Source of the DNA: the human T2T-CHM13v2.0 reference genome, Homo sapiens
DNA length: 64,000 bases
Reading direction: 5' to 3' (one strand)
Assembly (NCBI RefSeq): GCF_009914755.1
Contig: NC_060929.1
The translations under genes were made by a program, and so were the position numbers. Below the pieces are notes generated by a model that saw only the letters and a list, made by a program, of their open reading frames with translations, made no database searches and had not been told where the DNA came from. How positions within the stretch are numbered: the stretch's first letter is position 1; the number at the start of each line of letters is the position of its first letter. Below, piece after piece: positions 8,944-28,870 of the stretch.

Positions 8944-10934
8944 TACAACCCACTTTTTACATGAGTTTCCACCAAGTACACTGCTGTCTTCCTGAGACCT
9001 ATCATGAATGTAAAAGGTGTCATGAAGGCACCTCAATAGGTCAGTCAACAAGTAGATGATACATGTCAGGCAAGAAGTATTTCACATGGGACAGCCACTG
9101 GGCCACCATCATGCATTGTCATTGTCACTCCACTGAGTTCTATTTTTTGGATTTTGTGTTTAAAGTATAAAGTCATTTTCCAGAACAGCGTCTATTTAAA
9201 GTAGGCCACTGGAAGTTGTAACCCCAGACTTGCTTTTGCTTCTGAGAGAGTGCTAGAGGACACTAGCCATTCTCTGGACATCTGTCCCATTTTAAAGAAT
9301 TCTGTTCTGGCTACTGGCCTAGTTGTTTAAAAAACCTACATTCTAACCAGGGCTTATGCAAGACCAGGTTGCTGCATCTGATTTGGTGTCTCACTTAGAG
9401 TACACAGGGTACCTGAACAATGCAGTCTTTGTGTATTGGCGGGGAAGTCTTTGGCAACTCTGTTTAAATCAGATCAGCTTTTTTTTTTTTTAATCTGACT
9501 TCATAAAGGAAACTCAGATCCTCCCAAATCACCCTGGTGCATTCCTGCGAGGCCAGAGGGTGACTTGAGATTGCAACCTCAAGTTCAACTGCTAATACCA
9601 CACCAGTCCCCCTTCACTGCCAGCTGAGAACCAACCCTGTTTCCTGAGACATCATAAGACAAGATACCTTAGCCTCCCTTGAACATTTCCAGACAACTAG
9701 CAGACTGGCAACTTGGGTGAAAGACGTTCATCCCTCCCCTGGTACAGCTGCTCCCCATTTTGTTCTCTGTGGATATGGTGAGGGTTCAGCCCAGCAAGCA
9801 GACAAAGCCTATGTCTCCCAACGTGAAGGTGTCTACTTTAACAGAACCCCATGGATGGACTCTCTTCTGACATGTAATTATCTTTTGAATGGCTCCTGTG
9901 GTCTCCCATTCCTTCTGGCTGTGGACCCCTAACAGCTAGCTCAGAAGCACTGCACCCTAGCTTTGTTCAGTATACATAAGCCTGGCCAGGAAGGCCACAA
10001 GTAAAGGGAAGCGGAAGGGTTCTTTATATCCTGTTCCAGAGAGGAAGAAAGGGAATCAGTTCCTGCATCCGTTTCTCAGAAAACAGCACAGAACAGAAGG
10101 GGTAAGGGTAACAAGGCCATGTTAAACTACCTCTTAGGCCTATATGTCAAAGTAGAATTTAAGACCCAAATCTAGTTAATTGTATAAAAAGGCTAAGTTG
10201 GTTTTTCTTTGAGGTTCTTTGAGAGTCCTTAACTGCGACTCTCAGATCTCTTCAGAGCATTTTTTAAGCTCTTCAGGGCTTTAAGAGTTCACCAAGGGTT
10301 TCTGAAACAGCTGCCCACCCAAGCAGACCCTGGTTGTGTCAACTCCCCCAATCCCAACTTATTGTGATAACCTTGTTCCAAATCTCAAATCACCCTATGG
10401 GCATCTTTCAAATTCTGACTCCTGAGCTCTTCTCTAATAGTTTGGAGCTACTAACAAACCATTACTGGCAGTGAGCATCTGAAAATACTCAAAACGGCAC
10501 CGAGTTTGAAAACAGGAAACATAGATGGTGGGGATGTTCACATACACAGTCCCTTAGAATAAAAGCCTAGCTCAGGTCAGGAAGGATTTTCAAGCTCTTA
10601 AAGATAGCATGGGATTAGGCATGTTAACTGGAAAGGGAAAACTTATGTCCTGGGGGTGGGAACTATACTATCACAAGCAGTCCTCACAAGTTAGGTCACT
10701 ATTGGTAAGGGATGTTTCACTTCTGAAGACAAGATAGCAGCTGTGAATTATGCGGGAGATAGTCCAGGCCAATACTTCTTTCATATTCACCAGGGGCTCT
10801 GGACCAAGTCTTCCTTTTTCATTCAAGTGTTCTCATTCTTTTATCTGAAGCCTAGTTCTTTCAGGCATGTGCAATGTCAGGAAGCGGGGTGGGGCTTGGG
10901 GAGGGAAGAGGAAAAGCCAGGTTCCACTCACCAA

Positions 10935-10958
10935 AAATAAATAAATAAATAAATAAAA
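10935..10958. repeat. (TAAA)n microsatellite
   Basis: aataaataaataaataaataaaaa seen directly. Confidence 0.85.
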
Positions 10959-12174
10959 ATTTTTACAAAGCCACTCTGGAAACCCTGCTTGAGTACTTGA
11001 GGATAGAGTACAGCTTCTCTATTTTCCCACCCCTTTCCGTAAGCTTCCTGGAACAGAAAAATCTGCAAAGCAACTGAAGAAGGCAGTTAGAGGTTGTGAA
11101 ATGGTACATTCAGGAAAGAAAGGACAAATAAGAATTTTCACCAGATAGGTGGGAGGTATTCAAAGTGAGAGCACTTTAAGGAAATAAGCTGATCCTCAGT
11201 GTGCAATAAGAGGCTGCTATATAGCAGGTTGAAAATTTGAAGTTAAGAGATATCAGAAGGTCTGAATATACTTAAATACTTCCAGAAAATTTAAAGTTGA
11301 CAGATATCAGAAGGTCGCAAGAACTACAGATGTGGAAGCAGACACTGTTATGAGCAACTACATTCCTCCCATAGAATGCTGCTCAATACTGGCACACAGA
11401 CCAGAGGTAGCCAGCAGTACACAAGACTGCAAGGCAACAAGTACATTATCAATGAATTAGCCATCTATCACTCAAACTATGTCCCGCATTGGAAGTGTGT
11501 CAAGCAAGAGCACCTTCGACAACACTTTTCGGCCACCACTAATGATCATCTCCACTGATGCCTCAGCAGAAAGGATAACATTCAGCCAATCCTGCTTAGG
11601 TGTCCAAATGGCTCAATCTTGGGCCAAAGGACATGCTCTGAAATATTTCTTACACCATACTTCATCTTGATATGCACAGCCAGTTCTCTTACTCATTCTC
11701 TGTGACCACTGGAGGTAGTGATTTTTAACAACAGTAAACAAGAAAAAGTCATCAGGACTCTAACTGTAAAACCCCCAACATTCAAAAGACTGGTTTAGTT
11801 GAACAGCCAAAAAATAAATAAATAAAAATTAAAATTAAAAAAATTAGAATTTAGCTCACTCAAAAATTGCCCTGCCTAATGTGGGTCTGATGAATAAATG
11901 CTGATAAAATACTACTGAGTGTCAGCAAAGTACTGTGACTAATCCTGCCCTAATTTCTCTTTAGTCTATATTCTCAGGGAAATGTACCAACACCCAACCT
12001 TCTGCTGTTAGTTCCTGACTGTGCACTGCTTTTTCCTCACTTTGGCATCTGTCCACCCCCAAACAAATCCAACTTGATTCTTGAAACCAAATTAGTTTCA
12101 CTTTACAAAACCTTTCGTAGCACCTTTCAGCTCTGTAGCCCCCCATTGGCTCATTAATCTGTTCTGTCCAGAAA

Positions 12175-12469
12175 CTTTTTTTTTTTGAAACGGAGTCTCG
12201 CTCTGTCGCCAGGCTGGACTGCAGTCAGTGGCGTGATGTCGGCTCACTGCAACTTCCGCCTCCCGGGTTCAAGCGGTTCTCCTGCCTCAGCCTCCCGAGT
12301 TGCTGGGACTACAGGCATGTGCCACCACGCCCAGCTAATTTTTGTATTTTTAGTAGAGATGAGGTTTCACCATGTTGGCCAGGATGGTCTCGATCTCTTG
12401 ACCTCGTGATCTGCACACCTCAGCCTCTGAAAATGTTGGGATTACAGGCGTGAGCCACCGTGCCCAGCC
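12175..12469 (-). mobile_element. AluS (Sc-like)
   Basis: Poly-T followed by a reverse Alu dimer. Confidence 0.93.
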
Positions 12470-12820
12470 CAGGAACATTTTTATTAGAGTTATCCACTCC
12501 CTCCCAGCAGTATTTATGCCTTCTCTCCTGAACTACACCAAAAGCTCCCAGCTCCCTAGAGGGAAACCATGTCTAATGCTTCCTACCAAGGAGAAGCCAG
12601 GAGCTACACTTTAAGGATTCAGCCATTTTGTAAGCTTTCCCTTTGCTTGCAATCTTCTTATTCTTGACTTCTTCCTAGCTTAAAAAGTTATAGACTGGTT
12701 TCAAATCCAGATAATTGAAGATTAACTTTTCAAATCCTCAAACAACTTTGTAGGGAGAACATTTACTTGGTTGATTCCTTCCTACCAGAATGTACACTGA
12801 GCTTTAGAAAAGGAAAAATT

Positions 12821-13117
12821 GGTGGGTGCTGTGGCTCACATCTGTAATACCAGCACTTTGGGAGGTTGAGGCAGGAGGATCTTGAGCCCAGGAATTCGAA
12901 AACAGCCTGGGCAACATGAGGAGACCTCATCTCTATAAAAATCAATTTAAAAAAACAAAAACTAGCAAGGCATGGTAGCACACACATGTAGTCCTAGCTA
13001 TTCAGGAGGCTGAGGCAGGAGGACTGTTGGAGCCCAAGAGTTCGAGGCTGCAATGAGCTGTGATCACATCACTGCACTCCAGCCTGGGGGGCAGAGGTGA
13101 GACCTTGTCTCTTAAAA
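12821..13117 (+). mobile_element. AluJ
   Basis: Diverged dimer with J-type cttgagcccagga motifs. Confidence 0.9.
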
Positions 13118-13133
13118 GAAGAATCAAAAAGCT

Positions 13134-13199
13134 CTTCGGGCTACTCTGGGCACACTGCCTATGGGGTAGTCCTGCTCTGCAAGGAGCAGTTAAAAAAAA
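13134..13199 (+). mobile_element. Short A-tailed retroposed unit (~57 nt body), family uncertain
   Basis: Body is followed by A8 and flanked by near-direct repeats tcaaaaagct (13124-13133) and tcaaaagct (13203-13211). Confidence 0.55.
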
Positions 13200-13794
13200 T
13201 CTTCAAAAGCTAATGGTGGCAAGCAAAAGTTAAGCTTGTAAAGGGTGCTGAGAGCAAGAGGTCTGCTGCTCTCTCAATTTTCTCTTTTCTGGTGGAAAAT
13301 CACCTTATATTCCCAAACTGCCTTATTGAGAGCCTAGGCAAATTAACTTAAACAAAATTTATGTTGGGATCAGAACACAGCCCATAGGATTGGTCAATTT
13401 TTACGTAAACTGAAAAATCAATGTGATTTGGAATATCTGCCTGCCCTAAGTGAGATGCCCACAGTGACTCACTGTTACTATCCTCCCTCCCCAGCTAGTT
13501 TTAAGATAAGCTCAGCATTACTATGATGTCATGTTACAAGGCTGCAGTTACCTGTCCAACCAAGTCACAATATAGTTCTTGCTTAATTCCAGGAGCTGGT
13601 GTATTCTGACAGTTGTAGAGTAAAAAGTCACAGCTATAATCCCACACAGGGAGCTACAGGATGATTTTGTGAATCTCTGAGAAAATATAAGAACTGTAAA
13701 GCAGTATCTATTTTGTATACCAAGAATAGATTAAGGCAAGCTAACACATGGCACTTCAAAAGAGTAACTTGCTTCTACAACTTAAGAATTATTA

Positions 13795-14133
<339 letters not shown>

Positions 14134-15395
14134 CTATGACAATGTTAAGGAGAAAATAATAAGCTAACATTCAGGAAGGTTTTGGTTTACTTTTAGATCA
14201 CAAGTGACATAATCAATGAAAAGGTGAGAAGCCAAAGGACTGCCATGGAGTCCTTGAAAGGACTTCATCATTAAAAGCAGCACACTGCAGAAAGCAGCAT
14301 GTTGTTTACAGAGGAAACCGACAAACATCCTTCAATCACCCAAATCTGCCAAATACCTTCTTCCTCTCATTCTCTTTCCTGGTGAAATAAAAGGCATTTC
14401 CTAATTAATCCCTAAGTTTACTTTATCAACAAGGGTTTTCTTTCCTTTACTACTATAACAGTAATTAGAGAAAGTCTTCATAATTCATCAGTAACCACTC
14501 TCCAAACCAAGGCTATTATCAGCTATTATCAAGCTCTCCCCTCTCATGCATTAAAACTACTCTTCTTGTTTTCATTATGCCCTGTACCTGCATTTCACAA
14601 GGACTTTTCACTTCTGTTACTTATACTGAAATTCATGGAGTAGTGCTGCTAAATACAAGTTAAATCCTGCTGTCAAGTGACTTCCAATGAAGTTCTGGAA
14701 CTAATATAAAGCAGACTGCACTAGATCTATAAAACCGTAGTACCTATTTCCAACTTGCCCAAGGCCATGAAGACACTAAAACTCCAGCCTCAAGGTATGA
14801 CTTAATGCCACAATATTAGTTTAGAAGAATAGTTGGGAAGTAAGAGAGTAGCCAGAAATGAGTGGAGTTTTGAAGACTGAGGTTTGGCTACTGTGATAAT
14901 GAGAAAGGACCACTCACTCCAGGTGAAAGCCTAGAAAAGTTCTAGTAGATATATTAAAGGAATAGTGGGCATACAGCAGGGAACAGGAAAAAGAAAGGTA
15001 GGAAAATAATACTGCAACCAGACTGAAAAGGGCTTCTTAATACCATGTCTATGATTTATTTGGGTCCACAATGGTGAAAAATGGCTTATTTTCTCTTGGA
15101 TCTCTATTAATGTAAAAGTTTAAGATTACTAGGATTTTTTGTTGTTTGTTTAGGGACTACAGAAAGTCAGGAAACAAAAATTTAAATTACTACTATATTG
15201 TCTGTCCATCCAATCTTTCTGAAAGATCTCATTATCCTTTAAATACGGATAGTGACGTTATTTACTCATATAATTCTAACTACTGCTGAGTATTATACAG
15301 ATCAAGTGGTAATAACAAGCTCCAGTTTCTTAGAAGGTGATACTTCCTTTACAAGTTAAACATGGCATATGGCAGTAATCCTGGACCTTCAGTGA

Positions 15396-15724
<329 letters not shown>

Positions 15725-15870
15725 TGCTAAGGATACTTGAGGTGGATAAGGTTTTTGCAGAAGTTGATCTTATAATAGCAGGAATTGGTAGATGAGACAA
15801 TTCAGCTAGGACTATACACCGCTACCTTCCCCACTAAAACCAGGACAAACAGAAAACAAGCTTATCTCCT

Positions 15871-15896
15871 GAGAGAGAGAGAGAGAGAGAGAGAGA
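15871..15896. repeat. (GA)13 microsatellite
   Basis: Uninterrupted gaga run seen directly. Confidence 0.95.
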
Positions 15897-16019
15897 ATTT
15901 TAAATAACTCTTTACAACGTAAAAACCATTTTTAGCTCAAAGACTACAAAAACAGGCTATGGGCCTGATTTGACCCACACATTATAGTTTCCTATCTCTG
16001 GTACAGACAACAAATTGGA

Positions 16020-17362
16020 ATTAAGTGAGACAACATATGGGACTTTATTAAATAAGGTGAATTTGGGACAAATGAAAGGTGAGATGAAGGCAAACTACTG
16101 TCAAGGGATGATCTGAGCCTGAACAACTCAGTGAATGTGAAGAGAAAACAAGATTACATGTGAATATAGATGTTAACTGGAAAAGCAAGGAGAAAAAAAG
16201 GGAGCACAAGGAAGAAAAAAAAATCAAAATTTGTGAGCCATCTCAAGCCATCAAAAAAACTTCATTCTATTGTAGGAGGGAAGCTGGAAACAATGGCAGA
16301 GTAATTTTGTGTTAAGAATTAAAGTACTAGCTCCAGTTAGGCATATAAATGACAATTAGAAGGGACAGAAGTTATGGTTATGTCAGCAGCCTCCAGTGAG
16401 CTAGGATATAAACTAAGTCTTTTCAAGCTGAACAAATATATACACATTCAACCCATTTAAGTGAAGAGACACATTTAAGTCCACAAAAGCAAACTTAACT
16501 ACCTACTATATAACTTACTTTTTATTGAAAGTATCTTGCATTCATGATGGATGCTTTCTGGGTTTTACCACATATTTTAATGTTAAAAGTTAAATTATTC
16601 TTTACATGCAAGTAGTGTGAATAATTTTCTCCACATGGGAACACTAATTATAAAAAGATGACATCCCACATGGGTTAAGTGTCTTTTTAATTGAAAAGCT
16701 AACTGTCCAGTTACATTTCTCCCAAAAAACCACAAACTGGGTAGTAACTGAGTCTCTAGGCAATATATTTAAAACTAAGAGGATTAAAAATAAAGAAAAA
16801 GAAAACAAGTCCTCAGATGCAATGAAGGGAGCCCTGCTACATACAGGCTAATCAATACAGTGGTACTCCTTGACTGCAGGAGGCTGGAAGACATCCTAGT
16901 AGCTCCACTCAGAACATTTACTTCAAGAAGCCTTTTTCCAGTTTCCAACTCATGAATAAAGATAATATTTTGTTAATTCTATTCCAGAAAACTTTTTTGC
17001 AAGTTGTTTTATTTACAATGCCAACTTTTAAAAGGTCACTAAAGTTAACTGGACAATAAACTAGGCAGACATTGCTTTACAAAAAAGAGGGAAAGCCCAA
17101 AATGCCACTTATAGAGAACCCACAGTTCAGTTTTATTCAGAGCAAAGAAAAAAGAAACTTTCCATCATACTAGAAGAAACTTGGCCGTAAGGTTTGGGAT
17201 CTGTGCTCAAACTACACATGCAATGAGGACAATATTCTGCTAATACAATTGACTTGCTGCTGCATTTGTCTACTGTTTGTCTAATATTAACAATTATAAA
17301 CAGAGCAGTGCAACTAGTATTTGGAACAATCCTTACAGTGTTACAGTGTCAGGCACAACATT
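16020..17362 (-). other. SKP1: SKP1 3' UTR with several candidate poly(A) signals (distal end uncertain)
   Basis: Repeat-free, AT-rich sequence after the stop. Minus-strand AATAAA (tttatt on +) at 17132, 17008, 16521 and 16044. Confidence 0.7.
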
Positions 17363-17398
17363 TCACTTCTCTTCACACCACTGGTTCTCTTTGCGTAC
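17363..17398 (-). CDS. SKP1: SKP1 exon 6 coding part, VRKENQWCEEK-stop
   Basis: ttttag acceptor; TGA at 17365-17363. Known SKP1 C-terminus. Confidence 0.97.
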   Translation of the reverse strand, partial: VRKENQWCEEK

Positions 17399-18057
17399 CT
17401 AAAAGAGATGGATATAGGGAAGTACCTTAACTTGAGTAGTCTTTCCTAAGACTTATAAATACTACCTACTGATTCATCGATAGCCAGTGAGTTGAGTCAG
17501 AAGAACAGATGGAAAATTAGAACAACACCAGGTTAAGACTATATTTCCGGATTTCCTTTCTTTGCCTCCCATGGTTTTTATTCTGCCCTGCTGAAATTAT
17601 GAACAAAGCAAAGGCAATGGGCAATTTACTAAAGTTGACAGAGCAAATTCAGTTAATTCATTCACATTATTTCAGTCTGTAGTCATGTCAACAAAATCAT
17701 TCTGATCTATTCTTTCATTTCCTCCCCTCATTAAGTTGCTCTAAAGTACCCTAGTATATACTTCTCTCTAGGGCCTGCTTTTCTGATGTCAGATATGTAT
17801 GGTCTATACAGAAAGTTGCAGGTGCCAAAACTAGTAACTGTTAATACATTAACAAGAGCTCTTCTCATTGAAAACTAATTGTTCTTATGCTTAAAATGCA
17901 GTATCATCTAAGTGTTCAGATTCATAAAGACAGAACAGTAAGAGTATGTTTAAGACACATTAAGTACATATTATCCCTAAAGTATCAAGACTACTTGATA
18001 CAGTCACCTCTTTTGCTGGCATGTTATAGGTGTTACTCCCTTTTTAAGAGCATGTGA

Positions 18058-18267
<210 letters not shown>

Positions 18268-18995
18268 TTAAACTAAATCCAAAGTTAATGATTGACACTC
18301 CGTATCTAATAAAGCTTAAAATGCTAATTTTAAGAAATTAAAGGGAGAAGAATAAATCACTCCTAAGTTCTTCTGTGAAAGACTTTTATGTGACCTTCTT
18401 TGTTATACCTCTATAATGTTGAATCCTTCTGCTTCCTTAACCAAACTATACTAGCTCAAATGTGAAATAACGGCCACTACTGTTGTGTATGTGTGTACAC
18501 ATGCACACAAATACCACATCAGGTCTTGGCAAAAATATTTGTCCACACTTAAAGAGTTCAAACGTAAGCAGTTATAGCACTATATTGATCTCATTTTAAA
18601 AAACAGGTTTTGGTTTCATTGACTTTATTGTTTACCTGTTTTCTATTTCATTGATTTCTGCCCTTTAATATTCTCATTCTTCTGTTTACTTTGTAGTTAA
18701 TTTCATCTTTTACTAGTTTAAGGTGGAAGCTTAGATCACCGATTTGAAACTTTTCTTCTTTTCTAATAATATAGGTATTTCATTCCATCAATTTCCCTCT
18801 AAGTACTTCTTTAGCTGCATCTCACCGATTTTTCATGTGTTTTACTTCCACTCAGCTCAAAATACTTTCTATTTCTTCTCTGACCCATAGGTTACTTGCA
18901 AATGTGTTAGTTTAAAAGTAGTTGCAGATTTTTCCAGATACCTTTCTGTTTGTGATTTCTAATTCCATTGCAGTCAGAAGACATACTTTGTATGA

Positions 18996-19611
<616 letters not shown>

Positions 19612-19703
19612 TGAGACTTGTTTTATGGCCCAGAACATGGTCTATTTGGTAATATACACTTGAAAAGAATATGTATTCTGCTATCATTACATATAATGTT
19701 TTA

Positions 19704-19992
<289 letters not shown>

Positions 19993-20607
19993 TATATATA
20001 TATATAATATTTTATAAATATCCATTAAGACAATTTGGTCAATAGTGTTATATCAAGTTATCCTGATTTCTGTCTAGTTATATTAATTGAGAGAGGTGCT
20101 GAAATCTCTATGATTGTCACTTTGTGGACTTCTTTGAGTTCTATTGGGTTTTGTTTCACTTCTTGGAAGTTCTGCTTCTAGCCAGATAAAAATTTATAAT
20201 TGTTATGTCTTTTTAAAAAACTGATCCCCTTATCAGTATGAAATAATCCTCTTTAACCCTGGTAATATTCTTTGCCTCCAAACCTATTTTAATATAGTCA
20301 CTCCAGCTTTCTTTTGATTCGTGTTAGTGTACCGTATCTTCTTCCATTCTTTAAACCTAGTTCTGTCTATATATTTAAAGCGGGTTTCTTACAGACAGCA
20401 CAGCTAAGCTTGCTTTTCTGATCTGGTAATTTCTGCCTTTTAACTGTGTTTAGACCATTTACATTTAGTGTGTTACTGATATGTGGATTTAAATATGGCG
20501 TTACATTTGAATTTAGAGAGTATTAAAATTCAGTGTCAATGAAGTTAGCAAATTTAAATCTATAAGAAGTGTTTAAAGGCTCTAGAGTAGAGCTATCTTA
20601 CACATTA

Positions 20608-20760
<153 letters not shown>

Positions 20761-20979
20761 CTACAACAACAAAAGTTCATTCCTCTGTGGCACTTTGTCA
20801 CAAGGTACTCATTCCACTGCTGGGACAACTTATCCCTATATTGGAATAATAACTAGCTAGAGGTTGACTTGAGCCATTAACAGCCAAGCTTGAAAAACAA
20901 AAATGAAGCTTGAAGAATCATTATAACCCTAGAAGGGAGAAGATCTTATTAGATAAAAGCAAGCCATGCAGACAGAGTA

Positions 20980-21400
20980 CTGTACTTGACTACATTAAAA
21001 AGCTTCTATGCAAAAAGAAAAGTTAGGACAATGACTGGAAGATACCTGCAATATGTACAACAATGATTAGCTGAGAGAATATAAAATCTTTCAAAAATCA
21101 TTAAAGAGAAATGGGTTAATATGTACAGCCAATAAATGAAATCTGAATAGCCAAACATAAGGAACGCTCAACTTTACTAGAAGCAAAACTAACACTACAG
21201 ATACTTCTCTAGATTGAAAAAAAATCAAGAAACTGATACTAATTGTTGGGCAATAGTGGAAAGGAAACACAAACTCTTCTAGAGAGTATAAATTGGTATA
21301 ACCCCTTTGAAAGCTAATCCAGCACTCCTCAGAAAAGCTGAATATGTACATATATTGTAACCAGCAAATTCCAAATACCCTAGACACATGTGTGAGACTA
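20980..21400 (+). mobile_element. Degenerate L1M fragment
   Basis: ttgactacattaaaa...gactggaagata...tataaattggtataacccctttgaaag resembles the old L1 ORF2/3' region. Confidence 0.5.
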
Positions 21401-21741
21401 TTTGGTGTAGGAACAAAGCAGGAAAAGCCCCAAAATTTCCTTAATAGGAGAATAATTACTCCATAAAGTTTCAGGAAGCTGATTACTTAGACTATACATA
21501 CCAGCATAAAGACCAAAATCAATACTGAAAGTGTTTTCAGTTGTAGAATCTAGGCAGTGGCTACATGGTTGTCTACTGTGTAATTCTTTCCATTTTTCTG
21601 TATGGCTAAAACTTTTTCATAGCAAAATGTTGGAGGAGTAAACAATGCTGAGAGAAAATGGCAGAGCCAAGAAACATTGCCAGGATCCAAAAAAAAAAAA
21701 AGAAAGAACAATTTCAATAAGGAAAAGCCAAGCAAAGGGTT

Positions 21742-23984
<2,243 letters not shown>

Positions 23985-24414
23985 TCAGTAAGACATCTCC
24001 TGACCATCTTTATTTTAAAAACAGCTAACTGTTCACCTACTCACCCCTTTAAATTCCCCATTCCCTTCTTTATTCTCCATAGTTTTTCCATTTGATGTAT
24101 TTCTAATGTTGCATATTCCCCACCCCTTCAGACCATAAACTCCATAAGGGCAGAGATTTTGTCTCTTTGGTTCACTGCTATACCCCCAGCTTTTGGATGG
24201 CATTTGAATGTACCAGGCATTCGACTACAAGCAAAGATCCTTTTAGAAACATTTTTCATTAGTATAAAATAGAATACGTTAATTGCAAGACATATTCAGA
24301 AGTCATAAAGAATGAGATCTAACTAGATAAAATAAAGCCTCTAAATCGTAACATGAATTAACGTAAGACAAGCAAACTGGTAGAAACTTTTAAAGAGTTC
24401 TTATAAAAAGCCTA

Positions 24415-24885
24415 TTAGATAATACCACTGAATTGTCACTTAAAAATGGTTAAGGTGGTAAATTTTGTTATGTGTATTTTACCACAATTTTTTAAGCTCA
24501 TTAGACAACAACATGGATGAACCTTGAAAACATTATGCTAAGTGAAATAAGCCAGATACAAAAGGACTAATATTGTATGATTCCATATATTATGTATCCA
24601 GGATAGCTAAATTCAGATACAGAAAGTAGAATAGTGTTTACCTAGCGTAATTTTTTTTTTTGAGGGGGGAGGGTGTACCAATTTTTTTTTTGAGGGGGGA
24701 GGGTGTACCGAAATTGGAAGTTACAGTTTAATGGGTACAGAGTTTCAGTGTGGGATGATAAAGTTCTGAAAATGCTTAGTGGTGATAGCTGCACAACACT
24801 GTGAATGTAATTAATGTCACTGAATGGTGCACGTTCAAAAAGTGAAAATGATCAATGTTATGTATATTTTATCACTATTTTTCTA
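24415..24885 (+). mobile_element. L1M 3'-end fragments
   Basis: acatggatgaaccttgaaaacattatgctaagtgaaataagccaga...cacaaaaggac-like...aatgggtacagagtttcagt is typical of L1MB 3' UTR. Confidence 0.8.
24649..24709. repeat. Tandem duplication of a ~30-nt unit
   Basis: aa(t)n-gaggggggagggtgtacc occurs twice, differing only in T-run length. Confidence 0.9.
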
Positions 24886-24964
24886 AGACCATTAGGAAAA
24901 CAGAGAAATGAAAACAGACAATGCAGAAAATGTAAATGGCCAGTAACACATGTAAAAACATTCA

Positions 24965-26345
<1,381 letters not shown>

Positions 26346-26741
26346 TTACATATTCCTTTGACTTTAGCCGTTTCAAAATTATAAATCTAAGAAAGACAGT
26401 CACGATTCAATTCCACCATGCTCTAGAAGTGGTATCTTTACAGAAGACTATTTAACAGTATCTATCAAAATTTAGGTATATAAGCCAACCTGCGATCCAG
26501 ATATTCTACATGTAGATCATCCTTCCTAGGGAAGTGTTTGCATAGGTAGACACAGTACAGATGCCCAATAAATGACAATAGTCAACTGTGGCAAGAAAGC
26601 AGACAGAACTTTTTTCTGTATATTTTAAGAACATACAAACATCACTCAAGTAAGTGTTTAAGAACATTCAAATTTAAATGTAATTTTAAGCAGTAAATTA
26701 TAAAATTCTAACATAGATTGTTGAATTACTTGTATTAATCA

Positions 26742-27600
<859 letters not shown>

Positions 27601-28214
27601 ACTTATAAGACATGTCTGAAAGAATATAAAAAGTACTTTACTTAGAACAGCTCTCTTAGGAGCATTTAAAAATTGGTGGCTCCTAACGATGGAGTCCATG
27701 ACCACCCAAAACTATATAAACTTGTGTGAGTACACAAATAAAGGAATATTACATAAAATAAGTTCTTAATTGGTAGGAAAAGTGATTTAGTAAGTTGGGC
27801 TTGAATGACTGGGTAGCCATCTGAAAAAATTAAAGATGGACCCTTTCCTTACCCTTTATATCAAATTCTCCAGATGAACTGTATTTTAAAAAGTAAAATA
27901 ATGAAAACTATTACAGGTAATAAAATCTCAATCTATTCAAATCTGAAACCTAGAGATGTGTATACATATACACACTAAAAATACTAAAAATGCGCACAAA
28001 CACGCACAAAACAGATCATGCAGCCACTGACAAAAACAAGGCAGGGAGCTCCAAACATAATGGTATGATCCTAAGATTAAAGTTTTTAAAGTAGGTTAAA
28101 AAAGAAAATTATCCGAATAAAAACAGAAATACACTTTTTTCCAACAGGATATATGAGGAACAGTTAACAATATTATGGGTAAGGAAGTTAAAGAACATGG
28201 GTTAAGGGACACAA

Positions 28215-28870
28215 TTACGGGGCTATCAATAATCCAGGCACAAGATGATAGCCTGGACAAGGTTTGTAGCTAAGGAGGTGGTAAGAAATGACCTAATTCT
28301 GTCTGCATTTTGAAGGTACAGACAGTAGAATTTGCCAACAGATGGCAAGTAGAATGTGAAAAGAGTCAGGGTACACTAAGGTTTATGGCATGAAAAGGAT
28401 GAAGTTGCCACCAATTGGTAAGGGGAAGGCTGTCAGAGGAACTATTTTTAGGAAGAGAGGATCAAGAGCTCTAGTTTCATAAATGTAAAATACTAGATAT
28501 CCAAGGGCAGTTGTATGTTCAAGTCCAGAAATCAAGAGAAGAAATCACAACTGCAGGTAAGTTTGGGAACTGGTGTATAGATGGTTTATAATGCTATGAG
28601 ACTATCATCAAGCAAATGGCTGTGTAGAGATATAGCGAAGAGGTCCAAGGATGAAGCCCTGGGGAACTGCAGGCTTTAAAGACTGGAAGACAGAAGGGTG
28701 TGAGGTAAGCAGTAAGTGGAATTTTGGGAACCAAGTCAAGAGGGGAATAATCAAGCATCAAATGATGTCAACAGGTCTAGATAAGAACTGAAAACAGACA
28801 ATGCACCTGATGACATGGGGTTCACTGAGCTTTATAAGCAGTTCCAGTGGAGCGGTAAAGATGAAAGTAG
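28215..28870 (-). mobile_element. L2 fragment
   Basis: Purine-rich degenerate L2-like phrases (aataatccagg...gatgatagcctggac, attttgaaggta, gaagccctgggg). Confidence 0.6.

Noticed and set aside
11231-11316. Repeat-spacer-repeat pattern resembling a CRISPR unit
   Set aside because: Only two imperfect copies, in mammalian DNA, with no cas genes.
28333-28349. CTCF-like tgccaacagatggcaag
   Set aside because: Partial match inside a degenerate L2 with no other support.
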